A stretch of DNA of 64,000 bases, counting the filler, from Gonapodya sp. JEL0774 (lineage: Eukaryota): assembly GCA_027604505.1 (NCBI GenBank). It is 18 parts of 18 records of this genome, joined end to end, with 100 filler letters (N's around TTAATTAATTAA, not from the genome) between each part and the next. Parts side by side here need not be neighbours in the genome. Positions count along the whole stretch, not along the records: positions 21,591 to 25,079 come from JADIIX010001271.1; positions 25,180 to 28,666 come from JADIIX010001272.1; positions 28,767 to 32,251 come from JADIIX010001273.1; positions 32,352 to 35,833 come from JADIIX010001274.1; 14 more parts are not named here. One strand, given 5' to 3'. The notes under the pieces were generated by a model, which saw only the letters and a list, made by a program, of their open reading frames with translations, made no database searches and was not told the DNA's origin. A program made the translations under genes and the position numbers. Position 1 is the stretch's first letter. Each line of letters opens with the position of its first letter. Below are positions 23,271 to 35,933 of this stretch, piece by piece.

Positions 23271-24440
23271 TCGGACGTCGCCGGGCCCCGACGTCGTCCG
23301 GCTGTGCAGTATGTGTTGGGTGATTTTGGGGTACGGGAAGAGCGTGTGTCAGAAGGCGGATGGAAAGTGGCAGTATTGTGATGGTGCGGGGCGGGGTCAT
23401 GGGTGCGGGTGACGGGAAATGACCCCATGACCTCGATGGGACACGTTGCCGGAGTTGGCGGAGGAGAAGCGAGTCTGCAATTAAGCGAGGTAGAAACGCG
23501 CCTAGAGTCCTTTTGTAGTCAATGATTCGGTTTTCGAATCATGATCGACATTCAGTTCTGGCTTCAAATGAATATCCACGTCCCCTAGATGGCCCTCCTG
23601 TTACACAAGTCTTTGTGCAACTTGCAAGAAAGTTGGCGAATCACTGACCGAACTCGCAGGTGGTCCGCGATAGTAAGTTCCTTTTCATTTTGCGCCCATA
23701 ACTTGCATAAACTGGAAACCGGCGATGATCGACCAACTGGTCCCTCTGATTTTCATCGTCTGCCCGCATGGGTCTCTCTCGGAGACTTCGGTAAGAAGCA
23801 TGAAGAAGTATTTCCTTGTTGCTGGCCTCAGGGTGCGAACGCAGTATGTACTATACTTTCGTCGTAACTCCAGTCCAATATGTGAGGGACGTAGACCTCA
23901 TTCGGAGGGGAAGAATATCATTTCGAGACTCGCAGTCCTGGTGGCTGGCAAGAGAATATGAAGGACGGGCGAGCGTGGGCGGAGTGATGGAGGAAATAAA
24001 TAGGTGCAAGAACTGTGCGTGCATATCCATATTGGCAATATGAATGAAAATAATCGTGCAGCTTCTTTTCTTCCCAGATAGGGGAATTTATCACGATCAA
24101 TAGAAGGCAGACAACGAGCAGCATTTTGATAGTTCTGTGGAACGACATAGGCTGTCTCTAACCATGTATGAGACCTGCAGTATTACTCAACCAGCACCAA
24201 CGAATGGCACGAACACACTGCACGTGTATCCAGCACTCGAAATCGAAGTAGTGTTGTGCTACGCAGATGTATCTGGATAAATCATTCGGATATGACGAAT
24301 ATCTGGATATCGGGAAGCTAGTAGTAATATATTGATGAGCGGATACAAGAACGGACTCAAGTCCACATCATATCCAACGTGTGCTGCATCACCTAAACAG
24401 TTACATCAAGAAGTCCGTCGCAGTTCAGCCGTACCTTCAA

Positions 24441-24873
24441 ATGGCTCGCATTTTTAGCTCTCCGCTCTCGCTGGTTATTCTCTTGGCCCTCCTCTTCAAT
24501 GTCGTTGCAGCGTCGCAAGGCGGCATGGCGAAAAGGAATTGGGATAATCAACCAACACCATATCAAGGTGACTAGAGCCGTGTGTATTCTTGAGTACTGC
24601 ACTCAGCGGAATCCCCTCCCTCCAGGTAGTTCTGGCTATGGTCCCAGTCCCCCGTATGTGCCCCCACCAAACCCATCTCCCCCCAACTCGCCGACCAGCC
24701 CAGAAACTGCCTCGCACATTCCTCTCCCACCAAGCGAAGGCGAATGTGATCCCAAACTCGTTCCGGATTGCAAGTATTGCGTTCACATCTTGAAACACGT
24801 CTCCAAGAAGTGCCTCGATTACTCAGTGCAAAGCAGCCCCAAATGCAGCCTTTGCGTCGGTGGCTCTCACTAA
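24441..24873 (+). CDS. Secreted Pro-rich protein with one 6-Cys module; paralog of 22578-23270
   Basis: Signal peptide MARIFSSPLSLVILLALLFNVVAA, a KR site, and a 58-nt intron (24568-24625). Module ECDPKLVPDCKYCVHILKHVSKKCLDYSVQSSPKCSLCV. Confidence 0.75.
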
Positions 24874-25951
24874 AGGCATGTTGGGTTCCAGAAGGATGGG
24901 TATTTCGGATGTTTTGATCGTGTTACGATGGTTCGCAGGATTGTTGTTCCATGATGGGGCGCTGGCGGTGCGAATTCGCAAGCATTTCACACCATATGAC
25001 GTTTCTAGTATCTTCGAACACTTGACCGGACTCGTAGTAGTAGTAACCGAGACGAATCTTGCATGTCGGAGACGAGCCCNNNNNNNNNNNNNNNNNNNNN
25101 NNNNNNNNNNNNNNNNNNNNNNNTTAATTAATTAANNNNNNNNNNNNNNNNNNNNNNNNNNNNNNNNNNNNNNNNNNNNACACATAATGAAGCCAGCAAC
25201 ACGATGGCAACTGGCCGCATCGAAAGTCCATTTCGGGGCATCATGGACCGCCCGATCGTGAGATTGTGCAATTCGAAAGCGTTCGGGTTGGCACAGTGAA
25301 TTCCGAAGGTTTCAGGTGGCAAGGTAAGATTCGGGTTGGGTGTCGTTGCCGCAAGGCGCTTTGATCTCAGCGCCCCAGGATCTGTACCGACTTACTCACG
25401 CTGACTTCACGAAAGAAGACTTTGAAGCCAGAATAACTCATTATATATTTAGTCGTATGTGAACTTCCGAGATTCCGAAAACTAGAAAGGAGCAGGAGCT
25501 TCGGGTGATGGTTGTGCCGCTTCAAACTTTTTGGATGCCAAGCTGCAGTCGCGACCACAAAAACCGAAGAAGTGAACGGAAGCACTGAAACTATTTTGGC
25601 CATCTAGCACAGTTCTACATAGCCCCTCCTACTTTTCCTGATAAAGCAATTGTGAACATGCTTCCCACTAGTTATGAATATCGAGGAATATCCACACATA
25701 ACCTCAGGATCTGGAGCCCGTCGCGTTATTTCAATTCGTGCTGTAGTAGGTGAAGTACACGGGATCTACAGAAGAGTAAGTATGTACTACGACTCAGTCC
25801 TACTGTACGGGACTAGTTGTGCAGATTCCTTCAAATACATGGTCGAGCATAAATTACCAATCTCCAAGCTTCTCGCGCTGCCAGGTGCGAAGGTTTTTCA
25901 AGTACAACCGGCTCGTCAAATACTGTTGCCCTCAGTTAATAGTCTCCGACA

Positions 25952-27280
25952 TCAAATGCCACGTAACATGCCCCCTTGTTCCATCCGGACGTCCACTCCA
26001 GCGGCGATCCTCGCTCCATCAAGGAGTATCGCGACGACCATGCACGTTGCAAGACAGTGAACCAGAGTAAAGTTGAAAGTCCACGAGCAGCTCTGGCGGA
26101 CTCCTTCATGCCGGAACTCACCGCTCGGCTCTTCGTGGGATGATGACGCATCGTTCGCTAGACTTACAGTTGCGTTGCCCAGCGAAGATTTACCGTTGGG
26201 TCCCACGTCAGACCTTTCGGGGCTCATTCCCCCAACGTCATGGCGCGTCCGTAGCAACCACTCCAAAGCACGTTCATCCCCAACCATTTCGAACGCGGGA
26301 AAGCTGGCCACAAAGTAAAGTCCGTACACACAGCTTCCCCAAGTTTCCATGAACTGTCGGTCCTGAAAACTGTAGTATGGGAACTTCTGAATGGAAAAGG
26401 TCTCCATCCATGCAGTGCCATAGGAGAGCGTGAGGATGAGGCAGGTCTTATGGAAGAGGCGAGCAATACGGTACAACGTATTCGTTCGTGACGTCGGGTC
26501 AGAGCGATCAATCGGAGGCAGAGGGAAAGAAAAGCGGCGGAGAATTATGTTGGAGAGGGCGTGGTATGTGCAGAAGAAGTAGAATGAGGGGAAGAAGAGG
26601 CATATGGGAACATCATTGAAGCGCCTTTTGGGATGAAAAATGGCGTTTCAGGTCACTAATGTGATGGCATTGAAATGCGCAAAACAAGGTCCGGATATGT
26701 GCGATTGATCAACTCACCAGGACGGGAACGTATACTTGGCTCCAAGAACACCGTAGAAGTAATGAGTGAAACCAAAGTTTCCCACTGCGGCAAAAAGCGC
26801 CAACCAAGCATTGCCAATGTGCGCGTGGTGGTTACGGATGCGCACTTCAATAGACGGGAACAAGAGCGACGAAGAAGACGGCGAGAAGGAGATTTCGTAC
26901 GGATAGAAGAATATCGGAAGAGAAGGGACAAAGCAGAAGACGAAGTAGACGAGCTAGAGCGGTGATCAGAGTGGATTCGTGGATGCATCTTTTCCGAGAG
27001 AGAGGAACTCAATAAATCTGCCACTCACTTCATCCCATTCTTCGTACACGCCAGTAGCCACCACGATCGCGAAGGCGAGGCCCCAGACGACTGTGTACCC
27101 GACAAGGAAACGTTCGTAATCGGTCGCGTCTTTGGGAACCGCCTTTACGTCGTCACTCTGCTTGTCGATCCGAGGGTCAGTACTTGCATGGGAGGACGAT
27201 GGAGCGCAAAGATGCAAAAGGAAGGAAGCGAAAACCGTCGTGGAGACGAGAGATGAGAAGATCGTAAGCGATGTGGACAT
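25952..27280 (-). CDS. CPI1: Cycloeucalenol cycloisomerase (cyclopropyl sterol isomerase) homolog, 3 exons
   Basis: ERFLVGYTVVW..VVATGVYEEWDE; NAWLALFAAVGNFGFTHYFYGVLGAKYTFPSW|RFNDVP...FCTYHALSNIILRR; LSYGTAWMETFSIQKFPYYSFQDR...GSCVYGLYFVASFP; CMVVAILLD. These are collinear with plant CPI1 motifs (GNYFWTHYF..VLGA.YTFPSW; FPYY.F.DR). Confidence 0.88.
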
Positions 27281-27859
27281 GCGAAGGGGATGAATGTTGG
27301 GTGAGAAAATTCCACAACGTCTCGATACCATACATAGTCTCAGGTTTCAACCAAGGGAGTCCTCCGCAATCCCACGCAGGTTTTGAATCAATCGAAGCGA
27401 GTCTTTTATGGACAGCACGTACTTCGTCTGGTGACTGCCGACTTTGTAGTTCAAGAGCTGACTCACATACTCTATCATCATCACCCGACCGTACCATTTT
27501 CCGGAATCAATCTTGCTTATTATCTACCATCGCAAAATCGGCAAAGCATCTGTCTCTCAGCTCTTGCTCTCGCGCTTGTGAATGTCAAAGCAATCGTGTA
27601 CTACCCAGACCAATCCGCTTGCTCATCCCATCCATGTCTTTCTAGAGCTCCTTCACCTTCTTTTGTGGAGCCATCAACAGACGTCTTGCCGAGATACTCC
27701 GCTCACCGGAGAGAGTTGCTAGTCGCGTGCTTGCTCACCACAAAAATCCCACCCTCACACTGATGCTCGAATGTTCCAGGCCCGAACTTAATCAGCATTT
27801 GGTCATTGAAGCGATCTGTGAGCGATTGTCTCGAAATATTCCAGGATTCAATCTGAACG

Positions 27860-28447
27860 ACTGAGCATGCCCGGCTGGATCTCAATTTCACTACATCACC
27901 GCTGGAAGTGGCTGTAACAGCTGGGAATGCAGAAAGTGTTCGCAGTCTTCTTCGCATAGTGCAGAAGTTGACAAATGTCGCGGATCGTGTCGCCCTTTGT
28001 TCAGGGCTTATGAAAGAGGCCTCATTGAGATCGTGAAGTTGCTGGTTGAGAAAGACAATCACATTCGAAGCCACATCGAAGCGGCTCTCTTCGTGAGCGC
28101 ATATGGCGGCCACGCGGATGTTGTGCGGTACATGCGGTCTCTACCAGAGCGAGGATATGTACAGGATTTTCACACTGCGGTGGAAGCAGCAGCTTACATG
28201 GCTCACGTTGAAGTCACATATCTGCTAGCGGATCCCGAAATGAAAATCGACGGGGCACGTGAGATACTTCTTTGGGGGGCGGTTAAAGGTGGAAGAGTGG
28301 CGGTCTTTCGGTCCGTTCTGGAATAGGGAGCGAATCGAGGTGGATTCAACGCAGAGACGCGAAGCGCTGGAGGAGGTGATTCGGCGAGGATACACGCAAA
28401 TACTGGATCTCATTGAAGTATATGGCGATTCCTTCAGGAAATGATGA
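27860..28447 (+). pseudogene. Ankyrin-repeat pseudogene
   Basis: Ankyrin units (SPLEVAVTAGNAESVRSLL; ALFVSAYGGHADVVRYM; LLWGAVKGGRVAVFRSVLE*GA; EALEEVIRRGYTQILDLI) are spread over different frames, with an in-frame TAG at 28324. Confidence 0.6.
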
Positions 28448-29613
28448 AATGAAATCGAGCTTCTAGTGCCTCGAGTATCGTGGACCAAGAGGTGTTACAG
28501 TAGACGTGAAAGAACGGAACTTATGTCTTCATGTACACGCAAATTCAATGAACGTTTAGACAAGACCTCTTGTGGCAAAACCCAAGGGCGGGTTTGCCTG
28601 AGCTTCATTGTTCCGCTCTCTTCTCCATTCCAACCGGGTCCTGCACTCTCCCGCTGTTCCGTAAGANNNNNNNNNNNNNNNNNNNNNNNNNNNNNNNNNN
28701 NNNNNNNNNNTTAATTAATTAANNNNNNNNNNNNNNNNNNNNNNNNNNNNNNNNNNNNNNNNNNNNTGATCATGCGTTTCTCTTCATCATCAGAGCACAT
28801 GCGAATCGAAGAAGAGTCCGACTTGTTGGCGATCCGCCAATCCCTCCCACAAGTTGATCTCGAAGAACTCGGTGATATCTTCCAGACTGCCAAAAAGGTA
28901 CGTACCTTGTCGTGTTGACACAGTCATGGGATCTAGGCTCTTACTGGATGTGCGATGAACGACTACCATCCGATCCGATGTTGGTCTTGTGATCCTCACT
29001 CCATCGTCGTCTTTCTTCACCTATGCAGCTCTCTCCAACGCGTCCACATCCTTCGGCACCTGACTCTGGTGGAATAAAAGAGCTTGCTGGTGCGCTTTAG
29101 TGGAAACCTCACGATTTTTCATACTTGAAACTCATTGCTGCTTTTTTGCGATCACCTTGTTGTCCGGGTTCCCCTTCGACGCATCCCGCTGATCGGCAGC
29201 TGCTCTGCCCGTGGCGCTTATGGACAGATTGAGAGACGTGATGAGAGGGTTTGCCAAGTGATATCGTGGGAATAGCGAATGGAGGGAGTCGGGTACGGAG
29301 ATGATCATCATATGTGGGGCGGAGACATGGAACAGGATCTCTTGTTCGTCATAAAATACATCTGTAAATAAAATTCTTCTTTCAAACAGGCCAGGAAGAG
29401 CACAAAAGCCACCGCTGCGCGGCCAGAGCTGCAACTCGAAATGAGTTACAATACTTTATTCAGAGAAGACTCGACTCTAATCAGTGAGACTCTACATTTA
29501 TGAATTATACCACAGAGGCTAGGCTTATAAACGATGAGAGGATGATGATCGAACGAGCAATACGACATTCTCAGAACTTTGCGAACAATGCACGGGTATG
29601 AACATTCTCGAGA

Positions 29614-31200
29614 TCAATGCAACTTGGCGTGGAACTGCTCGTGCAGTTCCTTGAACTTGGCCATCACCGGTGCTGGTAAGGTTGCTGTTGATAGGTAGTC
29701 GTGCGAAAGATGAGATGATCGATACTCACGGGAGAGGTCCCGGAAACAGGAAAGGATGCGACGTGTTACTCACCCAGCACTTTCTCCGGGACACTGGCCG
29801 CAACTTCAGCGTCGTGGAAGGGAAGGCCATCGACGGTCTAGGGAGAAAGTCGGAGACCAGTCAACAGAGATCACATTTAGTTTGATCATCAAAGAGGGAC
29901 GTGGGATCGCTGTTCGGTGCTCACCTTCTTTGCGGCCATGAAGATCTCGCCCAAATCCTGTAGCTCAGCGTTCGGCAGGGATTTTGCCAGGTAGACGAGG
30001 TCGTGGCGCTCTTCGCTACGCATATGACCTGGAAATTCATATTCATCGCGGAGAAGGACAAGAAGAGAATCGCGTTACGTAAAATTTGCACACGAATCAC
30101 TCTTTTGACATCAATTAGGTGTGAGCGGCGTCATATGAGCCAAGTGCGACACAAGATCAAGGAACCGAGAGCCGGACCTCCATCCGGCGATGTGCGTTTC
30201 CAATACCAGACGTCCGCATGGCTTCTTGAAACAATGGCACCCATATCACGTCTTTCTTTCATACTCACGATCCAAGACGCCCATCGCCTCCGACATCACT
30301 TCGTCCATGTACCTCCTCTTATCCTTGTCACCTTCTCCGGCGAGGGCCTCCGGGTCCGCGGTGACGAGCAGCGATTGAATCTTGTGGAGCAACACCTCGA
30401 CATGTTGGTGGTCTTTGCGGGATTTCTGCGGGTCGGCGATCATGGCACGGGATGGAGAGAGGCGGGTGAAGTAGGAGAGGGCGGGGTAGATGACAAGGTC
30501 TTCAGCAGCGGCGTGGAGAGAGACTTCGCGGATAACTGGAGGATGGAGGAACAGAGAGTGGGAGTACGTCGTACAAAGGTCGATAGCAAATTGACGTCAT
30601 TAGTTACAGACAATGAACCCGAAAACTCACGCTGTTTGAGTACCATCACTCGCTTAGAATCTTCGTAGTGAGAAAGGTACTTTTGGTGGAGGTCGCGGAT
30701 GACCCTGTTTTCGAGAAGTGCATGGAAGTGTGGAGTACGCGTGGTTGACGATAGAGAGTCAAGAGTTCACCGAGAGCCATGAAGAAAACGAAGCTCGTTG
30801 CTAAATCAATTAATGTATTTTTCTTGAACTCACTCGTGATCTCTGATGATCATGTCGTATACGGTTGCTCGTTGCGCCTGATGATGATTGCGATAGATGA
30901 GTCATCAGTCACCCCCACCGTTCCGGCAAGGGGGCGCACCTTGTCGGCAACACCCTGGGACCCAACGGCCTTCGCCTCGGGGTGCTTGTCTGCTTCCAGC
31001 CCCCAAATGCCCAGTCCTCTGTGATTGGAGTTCTGCGCAGTCCAGTAGTTGTGTGGGTAGTGCCCCGTCTCAGATTGCTGTGCGTCAGATGCGAGGGAAC
31101 GGCGGGAATTCGCACCAGCGGCGAGGCGGGAGACAGAGAGGACGAGAAGCGGAGTTGAATTGCGGAGGGGGAGAAGCGCAAGAGACGTTTGAGCGAGCAT
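29614..31200 (-). CDS. Hemerythrin-like HHE cation-binding protein with putative mitochondrial presequence (7 exons)
   Basis: Spliced: MIIRDHEVIRDL, LIREVSLHAAAEDLVIYPAF, KDHQHVE, RHMRSEERHDL...LQDLGEIFMAAKK. The N-terminus is Arg/Ser/Leu-rich and lacks acidic residues. Confidence 0.85.
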
Positions 31201-32570
31201 GTAAACGATATCACTGGTTGCAATGGGTTTATGTCGGTCGCTATGCGGAGGACCACCGCGCCACTATCGGAACCTCATCTGTTTCGCCGTCGCGTCATCC
31301 TCTCGTCAGGTCCGATTGCCAAGGCAAATAGCAATTAAAGATATTTCTTGGTTGCAATAAGCTTTATACTTCTTGATTTATATTGGATTCAGCAGCCCAA
31401 CGGCTGTGGACAAAGCGACTTTTGTAGTGTTGGAAATCCATGAGACTCTGAGGGGAGTATCTTATAAAAATCTATCATCGAGACAAACAATTTGATAACA
31501 AAAATTGAAGTGTGTTTGTGTCGAGGAGCATGAGATTAAACATCGGTGTCACGACTTTGGATTTCAATGACGAATCGCAGGCTCATTGCCCGGTTGCAGC
31601 ATCCGAGGTCTTGTTACTGTCAACACCCGTAATGTGAGCATAACCGTGTGGAGTGGGCTAAAAAACGCTAGCTTCTGATCCAGTAACCCAAGCACTCGAA
31701 TCACCTTGTAGTGAGGTGTTGTCAACAGGGCAGGGTCAGGCGGCATGTCCATCGTAGTAGTCATCTGTCAAGTGCATATGGATTATGGAAGTAGGAACGA
31801 TCCGTATTTGAATGAAAGACACCTTGATACAAATTACACGCGCTTGACGATTAACAATTTGGATTATCATCACAATATCGTGCACAATTAAGCCATGAGC
31901 ACTGCTTGGTGATAGAAAGGCATGACAACTTCGCATAAAGCAATTCAAAGAGTTTCAAGCAGCATAACGAGCGGTTTTTGTCCGGAGGCTTGTGGTGGCG
32001 GAGTGCGAGGGGGGTCTTTACGTGCGGGAAATTTCTGCTTTGCGCTCGCAACATACTGGAAGTCGAGCCCTCACTGGTTGCACCACCCTCGCGGCAGTGC
32101 TGCCTGTGGATAACTCGGAAATGGAAGAGCAGCGTACGCAAATAATGTTTTATCCACATGTATTTGAGGATAGAGTTTCTCAGACTTCAAAACCAGCAGC
32201 CGGATGGATTGACTGACGTCAGGCTCGAGCATTGCGGGATGTTTGAAGAATNNNNNNNNNNNNNNNNNNNNNNNNNNNNNNNNNNNNNNNNNNNNTTAAT
32301 TAATTAANNNNNNNNNNNNNNNNNNNNNNNNNNNNNNNNNNNNNNNNNNNNAGTGGGAGTTGCAAGTGAAGGCTCACGAAAAGTACTTAGCATGGAAGGC
32401 GGGAGCTGGTACTCGAAGCAATTAGAATAATATTTTGCGATGGCACCTTATTTTGGGAAGGGGATGAGTGCACATGGCCATACAAAGGGAGGGAGGTTTG
32501 CAGTTGATCTGGCGGATCTGCCCTTGGTGATCTTGAAGCAATCACGATTGAAAAACAGCCCTCAACCACG

Positions 32571-34097
32571 ATGGAAGTTGTCTTTGGCATTGCTACAAAT
32601 CTCTTTGAGCGTCTGCCCAACATCGTCCGTTCAAAGGCTCCACCTCTCGCCCCGCGATCTACAACGGACCCCATTCTCCGCATCGGAATCATCAGCGTAG
32701 CCAAGATTCTGCCGGATGGAATCATTCTCCCTGCAAAGAATCACTCGACAGTACAAATTGTCGTCATCGCAGCTCGCGATCGGAAACGTGCAGAAGCGTT
32801 TGCGAAACAGAATGGGATTCCCCGAGTACTCGACTCATACGAACAAGTGACCAAGGACCCAGAAGTGGACGCGATTTATATTCCTCTGGCCAATGGACTC
32901 CATTACAAATGGGCAATCGAGTCATTGAAGAATGGGAAGCACATCCTACTGGAGAAGCCTTCCTGTTGCAACGCTGATCAAGCGAAAGAGGTTTTCAACC
33001 TGGCGAAAGAGAAAAATCTGATCGCTCTCGAAGCCTTTCACTACCGATTTCATCCAGCTCTGCACTTGTTTGGGGAATTAGTCTCTCAAACGTGCCAAAA
33101 AGGCGCAAATCCGTTGACACATGTCTCCGCCGACTTTCGAATTGTCGGAAATGGCCTGCCCGAGGATGACTTTCACTACTCAGCTTCACTGGGTGGAGGT
33201 TCCGTCCTTGACCCAGGGGTTTATCCTATTTGCATATCTCTCTACACCGTTCGAGCGGCCTCAATGCTAGGCAACCGTGACGACTTTGATTTCACGAGAT
33301 GGTCAACTGAAATTGAATGCTCCCAAGCAACACCTACCGTCTTCAGGCCTCGTGCTGTACCTCTTACCACTGTTCACCTCGATCAGTTTGGCAAAAACGT
33401 TATCGACGAAAGAATGCAGGCAACACTCCTCATCCCCATTCCTGGTGTGACACCAGATATTCCAAAAGTCTCTTGCGATCTGCTCTCGACCTTGCGCGAC
33501 GAGGTGGAGATCCGAGTCGCAGACGTCACTTTCCGAACGGCTCGCATGTCCACTCCAACAGTCGAAGCTGAATTCCAGGACGGAACAAAAATTCGTTACT
33601 TAGGATACTTGGCACCATGGGTACTCTATACTGTGCTTGTCCATGCTTTGATAAAGTAGCTAACGTGTCTTCGATTGCGTTCACCACACCGATTCTTCAG
33701 GTCTTCCACTCCATCACTGTAACCACTCCGACTGGTCAAAAAACCTCACACCGAGCGTATTCCCCCTCTCCAAACCCTACCACCGCCGCACCTGATGGTT
33801 ACTGGGAGGAAATGCCCAGCGTAAAGCCCGAACCATGGTGTGCGTAACACAATTACTTTCATTACACCGGTCACACGTTTTGGTATCTTATAGTTTGCGT
33901 GGTAACTCACATATACGTTCTCTTCAGGGACCACCTATCGCTATCAACTTGAAGTGTTCTATCTCGCTTGGCGGTCACACTCTGCCGGTGGCATCACACC
34001 AGCACCGCCCGTTTGGATGAAACCTGATGAGAGTGTGGTGGTGATGGAGTGCGTCGACAAAATCTACGAGAAGAGCGGACTGGGGAAAAGGGTGTAA
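32571..34097 (+). CDS. Gfo/Idh/MocA-family oxidoreductase (3 exons)
   Basis: LRIGIISVAKI, DAIYIPLANGLHYKWAIESLKNGKHILLEKP, EAFHYRFHP, LGGGSVLDPGVY. Last exon WTTYRYQLE...IYEKSGLGKRV*. Confidence 0.92.
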
Positions 34098-34211
34098 GAA
34101 AGTAACGGTTGTTTGTTTTAACTGCTGCATCGATTGTGAAATGTTATATATATGTATCTGTTCCAACAAAACATCTGTCTGGGTCGAGTCAATCCCATCA
34201 CACATCACACA

Positions 34212-35833
34212 TCACTCGTCATCCTCGGCGTCATCACTGTCACTATCCACTCGCTCTGCCGACAGTGTACTCGACTTCTTGGACGACGAAACTGGTGCTG
34301 ATGCACTTCCACCACTAGCAGAGGCGCGGAGACCCGCATCGTATGCTGCCTTGTCCTTTGCGTATTTGGCTTTGGCTTCGGCTGCGCGCCGTTCGTAAGG
34401 CTGATATAAAATTCCGGGAATGATTCGTTTGTTCTGAGAAATAGTTGTGCTGAATGCGGAACTGACCTCCTTAGCATCTTTCGACATTTCCTTCCACAGT
34501 ACACCCAACAATCGACCCAACTCGCCGAATCCTGCCGAGGGGTTATCCCGCTTAACTTGCTCTCGTTTCTCATTCGAGAACAACATGAAGGAAGACAGCG
34601 GCTGGTGATTTCACACGGACGGAAGGGTCATTGGTTAAAGTTCTTGCGGCGATTCTCAGACCTCTAGAAAACACACCTTCTTGGGCTCGTTAGGGTCCTT
34701 CTTTTTCCGCGATTTTTTCTCCCCCTTCGCAGTTTTCGTGGGCTTCCCCTTGTCCTTCCCCTTGTCCTTTGATTTCTCTATTGTGGAGGACTTCTCCTTG
34801 GCTGGCTTATCTTTGGACGATTTTTCTTTTGGCACTTTCTTTGCAGGGCTTTCGTCTGCTCATTACAGACGACATACGCAGTTGGGGAACGGTTGATGGC
34901 TGCTCGCTCAAGACCATAACCCTGAATACAAACTTACCCTCGGAATCGCCACCAGACTCGTCCTCCGAGCTTTCCGAGTCTTCGCTTTCGGATACGGGTT
35001 GACCATCTTCATCAACAGGCTTGGCATTAGGGTCAAAGTCCTCGTCCTCTGTGACGGTGACTAATCAGTGAACACCGACATGCACGCAACTCATCATGGT
35101 GCAAGATTTGAACATACCGCTCTCATCCTCATCTTCGCCTCCAAAGTCCCCGAGCATCGTTTTTGCTGGAACTTCTTCCTCCTCATCGTCAGACTCCGAT
35201 CCTGCGGCAGCCATTGCATCGGCATAGTTGGCATAGTCGGAAACTTTCTCAGCTTTAACGCGAATGCCACGAGAACGAGCGAAGCTCAAAAGCGGTTCAT
35301 AGTCTTCCCTATCGATTGAAAATCCGAACGAGCGTTGGATCAACATCGGAACAATCGGGTTTGCGCAAACACAATATCATCAGACCTTTGAATTTGGCCG
35401 TACGACACGTTTCCCCCCTTCTTCAGCTCGATCACAACGTCAAACATCTTTCCGCCAGTGCCACCCCCACTGGCTGATACACGTTGGAACGTAATGAGGT
35501 CGATGTCAGCGAACGGGATGTGAACTGACGGTTTGAAGAGAGAAAGGAAGCACTTGGCGGCGGGGTATAGGGGATACAGGTAAGCTTCGTTGGCTTTGAG
35601 GTTACATTTGAGGGCGGGCTTGCCGCGTTTGCTGAAGAGAAGAAATTGCGTCAAGGCGACCCTCAAACTCTGACCGTCTGTGCTCCCACTCACGTCTCAA
35701 AACTGCTAACATCCAACTCCGCATCATATGTATGTCGAGCTCCATCGACCATTTGCACATCACCGTCGTCGTCCTGTACTCCGCCTACGGGCCTGTTGAG
35801 CCGCTCACTGGCGGTGTTGGCATCGGTGATGAC
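34212..35833 (-). CDS. SSRP1: FACT subunit SSRP1/Pob3-like protein with C-terminal HMG box, 3' part
   Basis: Rtt106-like PH domain LKCNLKANEAYLYPL..CFLSLFKPSVHIPFADI...REDYEPL, an acidic tract, a basic tract, then HMG box KKDPNEPKKPLSSFMLFSNEKREQVK...LGVLWKEMS. Confidence 0.75.
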
Positions 35834-35933
35834 NNNNNNNNNNNNNNNNNNNNNNNNNNNNNNNNNNNNNNNNNNNNTTAATTAATTAANNNNNNNNNNN
35901 NNNNNNNNNNNNNNNNNNNNNNNNNNNNNNNNN

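Noticed and set aside
28767..29434. Minus-strand ORF fragments downstream of the HHE gene
   Set aside because: Interrupted by stops, with no recognisable family.
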